Shown: one piece after another, positions 28,350-38,449 of the stretch
Numbering within the stretch: position 1 is the stretch's first letter
Layout: every line of letters starts with the position of its first letter
Source: a virus
Lineage: Duplodnaviria > Caudoviricetes
Reading direction: 5' to 3' (one strand)
Length of the DNA stretch: 56,136 nt
Virus record (IMG/VR): IMGVR_UViG_3300042987_002630
Span: 1 to 56,136 of that record
Made by a program: the position numbers and the translations under genes
Notes under the pieces: generated by a model
The model's input: the letters and a program-made list of their open reading frames with translations, nothing else
Told to the model about the DNA's origin: nothing
Database searches by the model: none

Positions 28350-28709
28350 ATGAGAGCATATGAATTTATAACAGAGCAAGCATGGGCAAAACAAGTGAGA
28401 GATCAATTGATCACTTACTTGACCACATTGCATGCTATGGGCATACAACAAGTGAGCATTGATCAATTGATCACTAGCATGCAACAAGACAAATACACAG
28501 TGGATTATCCTTATGTGATTGATATTGCCAAAAAAATGCAAATAGTTGATCAACAAGCCAGTGACAATGACACTATAGTATTCACGGATCCCAGTGGCAA
28601 ACCCCAAGATCTTGGGAGCTCTAGACCTGATCAAGCTAACCAACCTCCCAACAATCAAACAGTAGTAGACAAAATGGCCAAGAGTGCTATTGATAAAAGG
28701 ATTCCCTAA
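28350..28709 (+). CDS. Hypothetical protein with capsid-targeting-like N-terminus
   Basis: MRAYEFITE; TAAATA 6 nt before the ATG. Confidence 0.65.
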   Translation: MRAYEFITEQAWAKQVRDQLITYLTTLHAMGIQQVSIDQLITSMQQDKYTVDYPYVIDIAKKMQIVDQQASDNDTIVFTDPSGKPQDLGSSRPDQANQPPNNQTVVDKMAKSAIDKRIP

Positions 28710-31207
28710 TGGTAACAGCAAGCTGGTTCTTGAGTGCGACTGAGGCACGCAACAATATTGTCAAATGCATCGCTGTGCACAGTGAGATCAGTGCTATTGA
28801 AGATCAAGTTTTGTTGGCCATCCAACAAGGATACTATCAAACAACGGTGAGTGGTGGCACGTTGATGACCAACAGCACTACAAATTCCAGCCGCACTTTC
28901 ACAGTCAACCCATCCTCCAACATACTCACTATCATCAACCACAATTTTAGCACAGGGGATGCCGTATTGGTGAGTAGCACAGGTGAACTACCTCCTCCCT
29001 TGTTGGCCTTGACTTATTACTATGTGATATTTGTAGATTCCAACAGCATAAGATTGGCAACTAGTGTGGCCAATGCCCAAGCAGGTCAAGCAATCAGCAT
29101 AGACATTGATGCCGGCGTAAGCGCTGTATCCCTAGACAACGTGGGCAGCGGTTATCTCACTGCTCCCACAGTAAGTTTCACTGGAGGAACTCCCACTGAT
29201 GTTGCGCAAGCACGAGCAGTTCTGGAAACTTTTGGCAATGTATATAGTGTTAGCATGCAAACTCTGGGTAGCGGATTTGTTGCTGCGCCCAGTGTAGCTA
29301 TAAATGCTGCTGGCAGTGGTGCAAGTGCAGGCACAATATTGTTCAAACTTGTCAGTGCCAGTGTGAGTTTTGGTGGCTCGGGATTCAATGTAGGAGACGA
29401 ACTGCTGACACTGTTTGGTAACCAAACAGGTGTGTTGAAAGTTATCAGTGTGAGTGGTGGATCAGTCACTGGTGTGCAAATAACCACAGCAGGTGTGTTT
29501 ACCCAGGCTCAATTGCCTGTGCCTTTGACTGGTGTGTTGATGAACAACACAGGCACTGGCAGCGGTTGTACTCTTAATCTGGTCATGGGCATTGCCAGCA
29601 TTGCTGTAGCCAGTGCTGGTTTGAACTATGTGAATGCACCATTGGTTACCATCACAGGAGGCGCAGGCAGCCAAGCCACTGCACGAGCCATATTGGTGGG
29701 TGGCACCGTCAGCAGTTTTCTCATAACCAATCCAGGCACAGGATACACAGGCACTCCCACTGTTAATATCACCAGTGGTAGTGGTGCCACAGCAGTGGCA
29801 GTGCTTACACCATCTGATGTGAGTGCCATTTACCTGCAAAATCCAGGATCTGCAGTGGGCAATCCGCCATCAGTACAGCTTACAACACCAGGATCAGGTG
29901 CAACAGTGGGCACTATTACTCTCCAAGTTGTGTTGGCACAAGTCAACAACAGAGGCATTGGCTATACACTGGGAGACTCACTATTGGTGAGTGGAGGTGC
30001 TGGATTGAGCAATTGCACTATTCAAGTTACTGAAATTGATGCAAACGGTACAATTAGAGGGTTTAATATAACAGCTAGAGGCAGTTATACAAGTTTGCCT
30101 GTTCTAACTGCCAATAATGCTTATGGTGGTACAGGTGCAGGCGCCAGCTTTGATTTGGTTTTTGGTATTAATACAGTCAGTGTACAAACATCAGGCAGTG
30201 GATATCCTGTCCCGCCCCTGGTTATTTTCAGCGGAGGCAATGGCTCAGGCGCACAAGCACAAACTGTTTTGTCCGGAACTGCTGTGCAAAGTGTTGAGGT
30301 GACCAGTCCAGGAACTGGCTATACTAGTGTTCCCACCGCTGTTTTCACTCTGGGCAGTGGGGCCACCGCACAAGCACATTTGATTCCCAGTGCTTTGGAT
30401 AATTTGTATATTGTAAGCGGCCAAGGCGGGAGTGGTTACAATGATCTCAGTCCCCCGTCTGTTACAATCACTGGAGGCGGCGGTCAAGGTGCCACAGGCA
30501 GCGTTCAAGTCACAGGGGGTGTGGTCACAAGCATTAGCTTGACCAACGCAGGCAGTGGATACACCAGTTTGCCCACAGTTGTGATTGACCCGCCTGTGAG
30601 TGGCACACAAGCACAAGCGTTGGCGGGCATGCTAACCTACATTGATCATGTGACTGTTCTCAATTCCGGTAGCAATTATATTATTGCTCCCACTGTGGAA
30701 TTTGCCTATGGTGGAGCCCAAGCCTACAGCTTGTTGGAACCCACCAGCGTGGCTAGTATTAGAGTTTTGACCGGAGGCAGCAATTATACTGCCAATCCCA
30801 CACTGTCTTATACCGCAGCTCCACAACAAGTGGATCTGCCCACCTATCCTATAGCAAGTGTGAATCGTAGTTTTAGTGTCAATAGTATTGTTGTCACCAA
30901 CAGCGGAAGTGGGTATGACCTTACACCCACTGTTGCCTTGAGTGCACCTGCCAGCGGTGGCACACAATCTCTAGCCACTGCAACATTGGGGTATGGAACA
31001 GGAATCTTCACCATACAAGAAATCAATGCCAGTGTGGACTATTATCAAGTGTGGAGCAATTGTGCTGCCAGCAATACATTGTTGGTGAGACCCTATCAAG
31101 ATCAAATTGCAGCAGTTATCAAATATTTCACAGATTTGGGATACGTGATCAGTCAGAGTGTGAACCCTGCAACTGGCAATACATTTGTTTGGACAATCAA
31201 ATGGTAG
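28709..31207 (+). CDS. Gly/Ser/Thr-rich repeat virion protein (tail/baseplate/fiber-type)
   Basis: Many imperfect (I/V)TNxGSGYTSxPTVx(I/F)xGGxGxGA repeats. Confidence 0.75.
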   Translation: MVTASWFLSATEARNNIVKCIAVHSEISAIEDQVLLAIQQGYYQTTVSGGTLMTNSTTNSSRTFTVNPSSNILTIINHNFSTGDAVLVSSTGELPPPLLALTYYYVIFVDSNSIRLATSVANAQAGQAISIDIDAGVSAVSLDNVGSGYLTAPTVSFTGGTPTDVAQARAVLETFGNVYSVSMQTLGSGFVAAPSVAINAAGSGASAGTILFKLVSASVSFGGSGFNVGDELLTLFGNQTGVLKVISVSGGSVTGVQITTAGVFTQAQLPVPLTGVLMNNTGTGSGCTLNLVMGIASIAVASAGLNYVNAPLVTITGGAGSQATARAILVGGTVSSFLITNPGTGYTGTPTVNITSGSGATAVAVLTPSDVSAIYLQNPGSAVGNPPSVQLTTPGSGATVGTITLQVVLAQVNNRGIGYTLGDSLLVSGGAGLSNCTIQVTEIDANGTIRGFNITARGSYTSLPVLTANNAYGGTGAGASFDLVFGINTVSVQTSGSGYPVPPLVIFSGGNGSGAQAQTVLSGTAVQSVEVTSPGTGYTSVPTAVFTLGSGATAQAHLIPSALDNLYIVSGQGGSGYNDLSPPSVTITGGGGQGATGSVQVTGGVVTSISLTNAGSGYTSLPTVVIDPPVSGTQAQALAGMLTYIDHVTVLNSGSNYIIAPTVEFAYGGAQAYSLLEPTSVASIRVLTGGSNYTANPTLSYTAAPQQVDLPTYPIASVNRSFSVNSIVVTNSGSGYDLTPTVALSAPASGGTQSLATATLGYGTGIFTIQEINASVDYYQVWSNCAASNTLLVRPYQDQIAAVIKYFTDLGYVISQSVNPATGNTFVWTIKW

Positions 31208-31390
31208 ACGGTCACATGCCAAAGACTGGTCAATTGCCAATCAATCAAAGGTGGCTAGGGCATGTTTGTGCATGGAGGATTGCAGCAGGCAATCTTTGCA
31301 TTTGGTTGTCAACAATTGTGCATGCATGCTTGAGAACAATAGATCTCTCAAGCACACTAGCATGCGCTTGGTTAGGTGAAAGGTTTGACC

Positions 31391-31888
31391 ATGCGTAGTG
31401 ATCGCCATCCTTATTTTCTCTTGCGTGCAAGCAAAAAACCACAAGTTTTAGAATGGTTGATTCGAGCTGAAAACATGACCATGGAGCAAGTGGATCAACT
31501 CAACATCAAGCCAGACCTCAAAAAGGCCATGTGTTATGTTGTAGAGCAAAAACAATTTCAACAGAGCGATCAAAAAGCTCAACGGTTGGCTGATCTTATG
31601 ATGCAAAATGATCAACCTCATCAACAAGAGTTTCAAATATATAGATATCAGGGACCCACTACATTTGCCCAAACAACAACCCAAACGCAATTGGAGATCC
31701 CCCAAGGAATTTTCTGGGGATTATACAACAACCAAATGTTTATAAATCATTGTTGGATCAACTTGCAGGACAATTGGGATATTTTCTCCCTCAGTGTATT
31801 CAACAGCGTGGGCATTGCATCAACCATTAATTTTTTCAACAGCAACAAATACGAATTGGCTCTTGATAGACTGAAAAATATCTTGTAG
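31391..31888 (+). CDS. Hypothetical protein
   Basis: ORF starting MRSDRHPY. Confidence 0.5.
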   Translation: MRSDRHPYFLLRASKKPQVLEWLIRAENMTMEQVDQLNIKPDLKKAMCYVVEQKQFQQSDQKAQRLADLMMQNDQPHQQEFQIYRYQGPTTFAQTTTQTQLEIPQGIFWGLYNNQMFINHCWINLQDNWDIFSLSVFNSVGIASTINFFNSNKYELALDRLKNIL

Positions 31889-31920
31889 AATTTATACAAA
31901 TTCTTGGATCAATCAAAAAC

Positions 31921-33024
31921 ATGGATAGTTTGACTGTGGGTATTTTGGGAGGTGGACAATTGGCCCAAATGCTTTGTTTACAAGCACACAACTTGGGATT
32001 GCACACATTGGTTGTCAGTGATCAAGAACAATCTTGTGCAAAATCAGTTTGCACTCAGTTTGTACATGCTTCATGGCACGACATTGATAAAATTAAAAAG
32101 TTTGTTACACAAAGTGATGTAATTGCATTTGAATTTGAAAATATACCACAACACATTTTGGACCAGCTGCCTCCCAACAAGGTGTACAACAACAGCCATG
32201 CACTGCATGTTTGCCAAAATCGTATTAGAGAAAAACAATTGTGCAATCAACTGTCCATCAAGACTGCTGAATGGGTCATAGTAGAAAATTTACAGCATGC
32301 CCACAGTGTGGCAGAACAAATGGATTACCAGTGTGTGTTTAAAACAGCCATGTGGGGCTATGATGGCAAGGGGCAAATAAGTGTAAGCAGGCCACAAGAT
32401 GTTGCACAGGTAGAGTCTTTGTTACAACATCCACATGGTATCATATGTGAAAAATTGGTGCCTTTTGATTATGAAATCAGTATCGTTGTGGCAAGAGATA
32501 CCCAATCGAAATTGCAATTTTTTGACCCAAGTGTCAATTATCATGTGAATCATGTGTTGGATCAAAGTATTGTGGATGACAGTATTCCTCACGTTCTAGT
32601 GGCTCAGGCCAAGACCTATGCACAAATGCTGGCTCAACAACTACAGATAGTAGGATTGTTGGCAGTGGAGATGTTTGTGGTGAATGATCAAATTTTGGTC
32701 AATGAACTGGCCCCACGTCCTCACAACAGTGCCCATTGGAGCCAGGATGCTTGTATGCACAGTCAATTTGATTTGCATTTACGAGCTCTTGCGTGCCTGC
32801 CTTTGGTGAGCCCCATGCGCACACACAATGTTGTCATGCAAAATTTGGTTGGTACAAACAGCATGCAGCGACTGTTGGCAAGCCACTCCACAACCCAAGC
32901 TATTCCACACTGGTATCACAAAAATCAAGCCCTGGAAGGAAGAAAAATGGGTCATGTAAATTGTTTGTATGATATCATGCAACCCTTGTATGCTCTACAA
33001 GGCAGTGTGAATGTGGGATTTTGA
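31921..33024 (+). CDS. purK: N5-carboxyaminoimidazole ribonucleotide synthase (ATP-grasp)
   Basis: VGILGGGQLAQML, FEFENI, GYDGKGQ, NELAPRPHNSAHWS, GRKMGHVN. Confidence 0.93.
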   Translation: MDSLTVGILGGGQLAQMLCLQAHNLGLHTLVVSDQEQSCAKSVCTQFVHASWHDIDKIKKFVTQSDVIAFEFENIPQHILDQLPPNKVYNNSHALHVCQNRIREKQLCNQLSIKTAEWVIVENLQHAHSVAEQMDYQCVFKTAMWGYDGKGQISVSRPQDVAQVESLLQHPHGIICEKLVPFDYEISIVVARDTQSKLQFFDPSVNYHVNHVLDQSIVDDSIPHVLVAQAKTYAQMLAQQLQIVGLLAVEMFVVNDQILVNELAPRPHNSAHWSQDACMHSQFDLHLRALACLPLVSPMRTHNVVMQNLVGTNSMQRLLASHSTTQAIPHWYHKNQALEGRKMGHVNCLYDIMQPLYALQGSVNVGF

Positions 33025-33716
33025 CCATGCAATTGTGTTTGGACCTTTTTGACTATAGTTCTGTGAAAAGATTGGAAGAATCCACTGGAAGAAAATATGT
33101 AAACAATTTGGGACAAAAAATTCCCAGTGTGACTACCATACTCAGTCATACTCAAGACAAAACACAGTTGTTGGCTTGGCGCAAACGTGTGGGTGACCAA
33201 GTGGCTGATCAAATCAGTCAAGAAAGCACTAGTTTGGGCACACTCATGCACACACACTTGGAAAACTATTTGCTGGGTAAGGATAGACCTGGTGGTACAA
33301 ACTTTGGTAGAAAAATGGCCCATCAAATGGCTGATCAAATCATCCATAATGGACTGAAGAATGTGGATCAAGTGTGGGGTATTGAGGTACCATTGTGTTA
33401 TGAAAATTTATGGGCTGGCACCGCTGACCTAATAGGTGTTCACAAAGGTGAACCTGCCATCATGGATTTCAAAACAACCAAAAAACCCAAAACTAGAAGT
33501 CGCATTGATGAATATCGACTGCAATTGACTGCATATAGAATGTGTCACGATCTCTCCTTCAATACTAACATTCGTAAACTTGTGGTTTTTATGTGCAGTA
33601 GAGATTTGCAATATCAAGAATTTGTATATGAATTTGACAACTTTGATCAGGATAGTACTGATTGGCTTTGGCGTGTGCATGATTACTATCTCCCACGGAA
33701 AGCCGGAGAGCTGTAG
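33021..33716 (+). CDS. PD-(D/E)XK exonuclease (Cas4/RecB-like phage exonuclease); last codons derived from the IS left end
   Basis: PSVTTIL, GTLMHTHLE, WAGTADL...IMDFKT, QLTAY. Confidence 0.85.
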   Translation: MTMQLCLDLFDYSSVKRLEESTGRKYVNNLGQKIPSVTTILSHTQDKTQLLAWRKRVGDQVADQISQESTSLGTLMHTHLENYLLGKDRPGGTNFGRKMAHQMADQIIHNGLKNVDQVWGIEVPLCYENLWAGTADLIGVHKGEPAIMDFKTTKKPKTRSRIDEYRLQLTAYRMCHDLSFNTNIRKLVVFMCSRDLQYQEFVYEFDNFDQDSTDWLWRVHDYYLPRKAGEL

Positions 33717-34918
33717 ATCTGGACCTTGGGCGGCTGATGGTTGAATTTTATAAATAGATTTATGAAACTGCCATATCTCTATAGGAACCATCAATTCCCA
33801 CAACAGGACCTACAGATGCAGTCTGTGGGCAATGCAGTGCGATACCCCTACAATCATTTCCTCCAGGTTAACATTGATGAAAATCAATTGATCAAAAAGT
33901 TTTTTTGGCAAGCGGACATGTGCAAGCACTTGACCCAGTTGAACACAGCCCACAAGTGGACAAATCCAACGTACAGTCAGGTAATACAACCATGCATAAG
34001 TGACTTGGTTTGTGCACTGAAAGACATAGGTGCTGGTTTACCCAAATTTAAGAACAAATATATTACACCTGTTATTTTTAGATGTCCACAAAATGTCTCA
34101 ATCACTAACGATAGATTATATCCAGCCAAGATTGGTCACATCAAGATTGTATTGTATGGAGATTTGACCTCATTCAAAGGTGTGGCTGTCATACAAACAC
34201 CATCACGTGTTTGGTTGGCAAATTTTGTAGTAGATGGGTTGGAACAGCCCTTGGTGGAAAACATAACCCAGCCAGTGGTTGGGGACGTCAACAGCAAATT
34301 AACCATCCTATCAACTAGTGTAATATTGTCCACGCACAAGCCATTAGTGAAAAAACCATCAGGTATCCGACTGCTACATGGCAAACTATCAAGCAAGCAA
34401 AACGCAGGTAAGGATAACATCCAAGACAAAAACAAGCAGCTGAGGACTCATGATCTGGTTCGCTGCCCAAGATCAAACCATCTATCTCAGACCAGTGCGA
34501 GAATAGTCAAATCACATGACCCAAGCTCAGTTGCAACACTCAATGCAGATGCTGGTTGGACTGTATTAGCTGGTTCATTAGCCTACAAGTTGCCTAGGCC
34601 AGGGCACCTTGTTAGACGTATAAATCAGTGGTTACTAAGCAGCAAACCCTGTGCTGCAACTGTTGCACACAAAAGTCACTGGAATCTCACGCAACGAGAA
34701 TACTATTATGATGATTGCACAATCACACAGCACAGGCACTTGAATGCAGAGGTCAGAATCAGCAACTGGGAACATCAACAGTGCAGTATGGGTCATGCAG
34801 GGTTGGAAATGCTCCAAGAGCATGTGGATGTGGTAACACACAATCTAACTGATTGGGGTCTGATGTCAAGCACGACGTTAGAACAAGAAGTCACAGCCCC
34901 TAGGGCGTGGTAGTTCAA
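33690..34918 (+). mobile_element. Diverged copy of the tnpB element
   Basis: Degenerate left end CTCCCACGGAAAGCC, TATAAATAGATTTATG, right end CCCTAGGGCGTGGTAGTTCA. Confidence 0.8.
33762..34913 (+). CDS. tnpB: Nuclease-dead TnpB homolog (open frame; RuvC-II E to A, RuvC-III D to H, Zn finger lost)
   Basis: Colinear with 19365-20558: SVETL becomes SVATL, HRDTNAA becomes HRHLNAE, CSSC...CDHC becomes CAAT...YDDC. Confidence 0.7.
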   Translation: MKLPYLYRNHQFPQQDLQMQSVGNAVRYPYNHFLQVNIDENQLIKKFFWQADMCKHLTQLNTAHKWTNPTYSQVIQPCISDLVCALKDIGAGLPKFKNKYITPVIFRCPQNVSITNDRLYPAKIGHIKIVLYGDLTSFKGVAVIQTPSRVWLANFVVDGLEQPLVENITQPVVGDVNSKLTILSTSVILSTHKPLVKKPSGIRLLHGKLSSKQNAGKDNIQDKNKQLRTHDLVRCPRSNHLSQTSARIVKSHDPSSVATLNADAGWTVLAGSLAYKLPRPGHLVRRINQWLLSSKPCAATVAHKSHWNLTQREYYYDDCTITQHRHLNAEVRISNWEHQQCSMGHAGLEMLQEHVDVVTHNLTDWGLMSSTTLEQEVTAPRAW

Positions 34919-34972
34919 AAGGAATATCAACACATGGCTGTTAGCACAAGGAATATCAACACATGGCTGTTA
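34919..34972 (+). repeat. Tandem 25-nt direct repeat (period 29) spanning the SD and start of the tail-fiber gene
   Basis: AAGGAATATCAACACATGGCTGTTA at 34919-34943 and 34948-34972. Confidence 0.95.
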
Positions 34973-36507
34973 CCACTATAGCTCGCATACAGCATAGAAG
35001 AGGACTCAAGGAAGATTTACCACCCAGCTTGGCCGAAGGCGAACTGGGATTTTGCATGGACACTAGAGAACTGTTCATTGGCAATAGTGCAGCAAGCTCT
35101 GGTAACACACAGGTGTTGACTGATACAAGTGACGTTGTACAATCTATTCCCTATGAATTTTTAAGCAGCACTAGTGTGGTCAGTCAAACTGGCGCCAACA
35201 TGAACGAACCTGTAGTTAGAACTTTGCAACAACAGTTGGATGATCAATGGGTTAATATTCGGGCATATGGTGCACAAGGAGATGGACAAACTGATGACAC
35301 TGCTGCTATAAACAGAGCCATCCAAGATTTGAGTACCAAAAATCTGAGTGTTGCAGAAAGTGTTTGGCAAGCACGCAAAGCATTGTGGTTCCCCAGTGGA
35401 ACATATTTGATTACCAGCAGTTTGTTGGTGTATCCGTGGGTAAGACTGGTGGGCGAACATCAAACAAGCACCCAGATACAACTGACAACTGGTCTACTCT
35501 CACCCACTACACTTTTTACCACAGTGGACAGTCAAGGACAAACTGGGGTTAGTATTGGCAACAATGGTGCTGTGGCTCCTCAACAAATTTATGTGAGTGA
35601 TCTGTCCTTTACAACCAGTGAAGATCATGATTTAATTTTGTTGACAAGAGCCCAACATGTTTCCTTTGAAAGGTGTACGTTTAGTGCTGCATGGAATTTG
35701 GGGGATCCTATTCCCTCACCTGCACCCATTGCTGTGCAAATAGAAAAATTGGGTGGAGCTATTGACTGTGAACATTATCAATTCACAGAATGCACCTTCC
35801 AAAACATACCTAGGGCATTCAATTGTGAAGATATTGTGAATTATGTGACCTGGGATAGATGCACGTTCAACACCTTGCATTTGGGTATTCGGTCTGACAA
35901 TCAGGCGACTGAACCTGGTGTGAGCTGGGCCGCTGTCAGCAACAGTGTGTTTGTGGATATAGAAAGTTTTGGTATTCAATGGTTGAGTAGTAATACTGGT
36001 GCTGGTCCTGGAATTGCCAGTAGTGCTTGCCGATTTATCAACGTGGGTGCAAGCATGCCTGATAATTGTATATTATGGGGTGTCGAGAGTAACAGTTGTA
36101 GCAGTATGGGTGACCAATTTGACTTGTCAATAGTTACTGTGCCTATACATGATCAAGGCACTGGCAATATGATTGTTGATGCACAATACAACAGTATTAC
36201 CACCAATACCAGTTTGACCTTAGCTGCCACTGATCCTTATGTAATTACTCCCACTGACATTGTGGTGATTGTTCCAACAGATATACTCACAAACCCCGAG
36301 ATCACACTTCCTGCATCACCTGCTAATGGTAGACTGGTTCACATCAAAGATGGGCGAGGACTGGCATCCACCAACAACATTAATGTCAATCCCAATGGAA
36401 AATCCATCGAAAGTTTGGGAGTAGGTATAAATTACATAATCAACACCAACTATCAAAGTACTACTTTGGTTTATGAAAGCACTGTTCAGAGATGGCACAT
36501 AATCTAA
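34963..36507 (+). CDS. Tail fiber/spike-like protein with Mtd-type N-terminus and pectate-lyase-like beta-helix
   Basis: RIQHRRG...LAEGELGFCMDTRELFIG; VNIRAYGAQGDGQTDDTAAINRAI...LWFPSGTYLIT. Confidence 0.8.
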   Translation: MAVTTIARIQHRRGLKEDLPPSLAEGELGFCMDTRELFIGNSAASSGNTQVLTDTSDVVQSIPYEFLSSTSVVSQTGANMNEPVVRTLQQQLDDQWVNIRAYGAQGDGQTDDTAAINRAIQDLSTKNLSVAESVWQARKALWFPSGTYLITSSLLVYPWVRLVGEHQTSTQIQLTTGLLSPTTLFTTVDSQGQTGVSIGNNGAVAPQQIYVSDLSFTTSEDHDLILLTRAQHVSFERCTFSAAWNLGDPIPSPAPIAVQIEKLGGAIDCEHYQFTECTFQNIPRAFNCEDIVNYVTWDRCTFNTLHLGIRSDNQATEPGVSWAAVSNSVFVDIESFGIQWLSSNTGAGPGIASSACRFINVGASMPDNCILWGVESNSCSSMGDQFDLSIVTVPIHDQGTGNMIVDAQYNSITTNTSLTLAATDPYVITPTDIVVIVPTDILTNPEITLPASPANGRLVHIKDGRGLASTNNINVNPNGKSIESLGVGINYIINTNYQSTTLVYESTVQRWHII

Positions 36508-36510
36508 CCC

Positions 36511-36963
36511 ATGCCCAATCCATTTTTATCTGATCCAAAATCCAGGTTGCAATCTTGGAAAAGCTTGCGAGAAACCTTGCAAGCTCAATCCAATGCTGTG
36601 GATCAAATAGACATGTGTGTGCAATTTTTCAAACAAGCAGGATTTGAAAATTATTATTTGGATTGGGACAAGCATAGCGATTGGCCAGGTGCGTGGGATC
36701 TCATTTGGAACAACAATTTTTGTCCCAGCAGTTTAAGTTTGGCAGTGGCATACACACTGTTGTTGGCAGCACCTGGTACCTTTGAAAATCTGAGCTTGAG
36801 ATTGATTTTGGATCGAACCAACAGCATTCAAAAAATAATTGTTGACTGGGACGATTGGTGGATAAACTACAACTACCTTGACAGAACAGACAAAAACAAG
36901 CTAAAAACAAGTGTAACACTCAATCAATGGATTTATCAAAACAAATCATGGCAACAGCAATGA
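36511..36963 (+). CDS. Hypothetical protein
   Basis: RLQSWKSLR...DWPGAWDLI. Confidence 0.65.
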   Translation: MPNPFLSDPKSRLQSWKSLRETLQAQSNAVDQIDMCVQFFKQAGFENYYLDWDKHSDWPGAWDLIWNNNFCPSSLSLAVAYTLLLAAPGTFENLSLRLILDRTNSIQKIIVDWDDWWINYNYLDRTDKNKLKTSVTLNQWIYQNKSWQQQ

Positions 36964-37079
36964 CCAAAATAATTTGTAATCTTTATAGAGAATAGGGGTT
37001 GAGTGTTTTTAAATAACTCCACCTACAGTAGACTTGATACTGTACAATCCACAAACCAATAATTCCAAGGGATACGCTG

Positions 37080-38009
37080 ATGACTGCTAGATCTGGTGAG
37101 CCTATCTTTGTTGAAAAAAGAAATGGCGACAAAGAACCACTTAATATCGACAAAATTCATAGACAGGTCATGTGGGCCACTGAGGGCCTGAGTGGTGTAA
37201 GTGCCAGTGAAGTAGAGATCAAAACTCAACTACAATTTTACAACCGAATCCGAACTGTGGACATTCAAGAAACTTTGATCAAGGCTGCTGCCGATCTGAT
37301 CAGCTTGGATGCACCCAACTATCAATTTGTTGCAGCTAGATTGGTCAATCATCACATACGCAAAGAAGCTTATGGTGATTTTGCTGTTCCAGATCTTTTG
37401 CCTCATGTGAAAAAAGTAGTGGAGGCTGGATTTTATACCACAGAATTGCTGGAATGGTACACACCTGAAGAGTTTGACATCCTGGACACCTATATTGATC
37501 ATACTAGAGATTTTGATCTCACATTTGCTGCCATGGAACAATGGCGAGGCAAATATCTGGTGAAAAATCGTGTGACAGGTCAATTGTTTGAAACTCCTCA
37601 AATGGCCTATATGTTGATTGCTGCCACATTATTTCATAACTATCCCAAACACAGCCGACTCAAATGGGTCAAAGATTTTTATGACAGCATCAGTTTGCAT
37701 GATATTAGCTTGCCCACACCCATCATGGCAGGTGTGAGAACCACACAAAAACAATTCAGTTCATGTGTGTTGATTGAAAGTGATGATAGCTTGGATAGTA
37801 TCAGTGCTGTGAGCCATGCTATTGTACGTTATGTTAGCCGTAAAGCAGGTATCGGTTTGAACGTTGGTCGTATTCGGGCAATTAATTCACCCATTAGAGG
37901 TGGGGATGCCTATCACACAGGTGTGACTCCTTTTATCAAGTTGTTCCAGGCATCAGTCAAGAGTTGTGCTGATGAAAACACATGGGTTGAAATTATTGAT
38001 GAAGAATAA
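37080..38009 (+). CDS. nrdA: Class Ia ribonucleotide reductase alpha subunit, N-terminal part with ATP cone, fused to a 14-aa split-intein N-fragment
   Basis: VEKRNG ATP cone, ETPQ, PTPIMAG, QFSSCVLI, FQASVKS then CADENTWVEIIDEE*. Confidence 0.92.
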   Translation: MTARSGEPIFVEKRNGDKEPLNIDKIHRQVMWATEGLSGVSASEVEIKTQLQFYNRIRTVDIQETLIKAAADLISLDAPNYQFVAARLVNHHIRKEAYGDFAVPDLLPHVKKVVEAGFYTTELLEWYTPEEFDILDTYIDHTRDFDLTFAAMEQWRGKYLVKNRVTGQLFETPQMAYMLIAATLFHNYPKHSRLKWVKDFYDSISLHDISLPTPIMAGVRTTQKQFSSCVLIESDDSLDSISAVSHAIVRYVSRKAGIGLNVGRIRAINSPIRGGDAYHTGVTPFIKLFQASVKSCADENTWVEIIDEE

Positions 38010-38449
38010 TCACCCTAGAGACATTCAGACAACCATTCAACCAAAGGCATTCAAACATGAAGACTAAAAGAATACAACTCAAAGATTTGAAACCAGGGAT
38101 GCGAATCAAGAGTTTTGATGGAAACAATCATGTGTTTCAAAAAGTAGTGGATGTTTGGCAGACAATTGTGGACCCTCAAGACCGCCTGATTCTCACCTTC
38201 ACCAACGGTACCAAGCTCAAATGTAGCGCAAGGCATCCTATTATGGTGCTAGAGGATGATCAATTGATCCAAGTGATGCCCAAAGAACTAACACAATTTC
38301 ATGAAATTGTAACTGACACTGGCACCTGTTATTTGGAATCCCTGGAATCTGATTCCTCAGATGTTCGATATCTGGATCTGGAAGTGGAAAACACAAACAC
38401 TTTTTTTGCAAGTGCGGAAAAAGCCGACCCCTTGATTTTAACACATAAT
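37965..38449 (+). mobile_element. Atypically split intein: IntN 37965-38006 (14 aa) and IntC 38057-38449 (131 aa)
   Basis: IntN is block A only. IntC: MKTKRIQLKDLKPG...CSARHPI (block B)...YLDLEVENTNTFF...ILTHN then C+1 NQGGVR. Splicing restores KS-CNQGGVR. Confidence 0.88.

Noticed and set aside
34919-34972. CRISPR array
   Set aside because: Only two 25-nt copies separated by 4 nt; no spacers and no cas genes.
38007-38060. T4 gene-60-style ribosomal bypass across the 47-nt nrdA gap
   Set aside because: No in-frame matching GAA landing codon and no take-off hairpin; a new ATG with a weak SD and charge-complementary intein halves explain the gap better.
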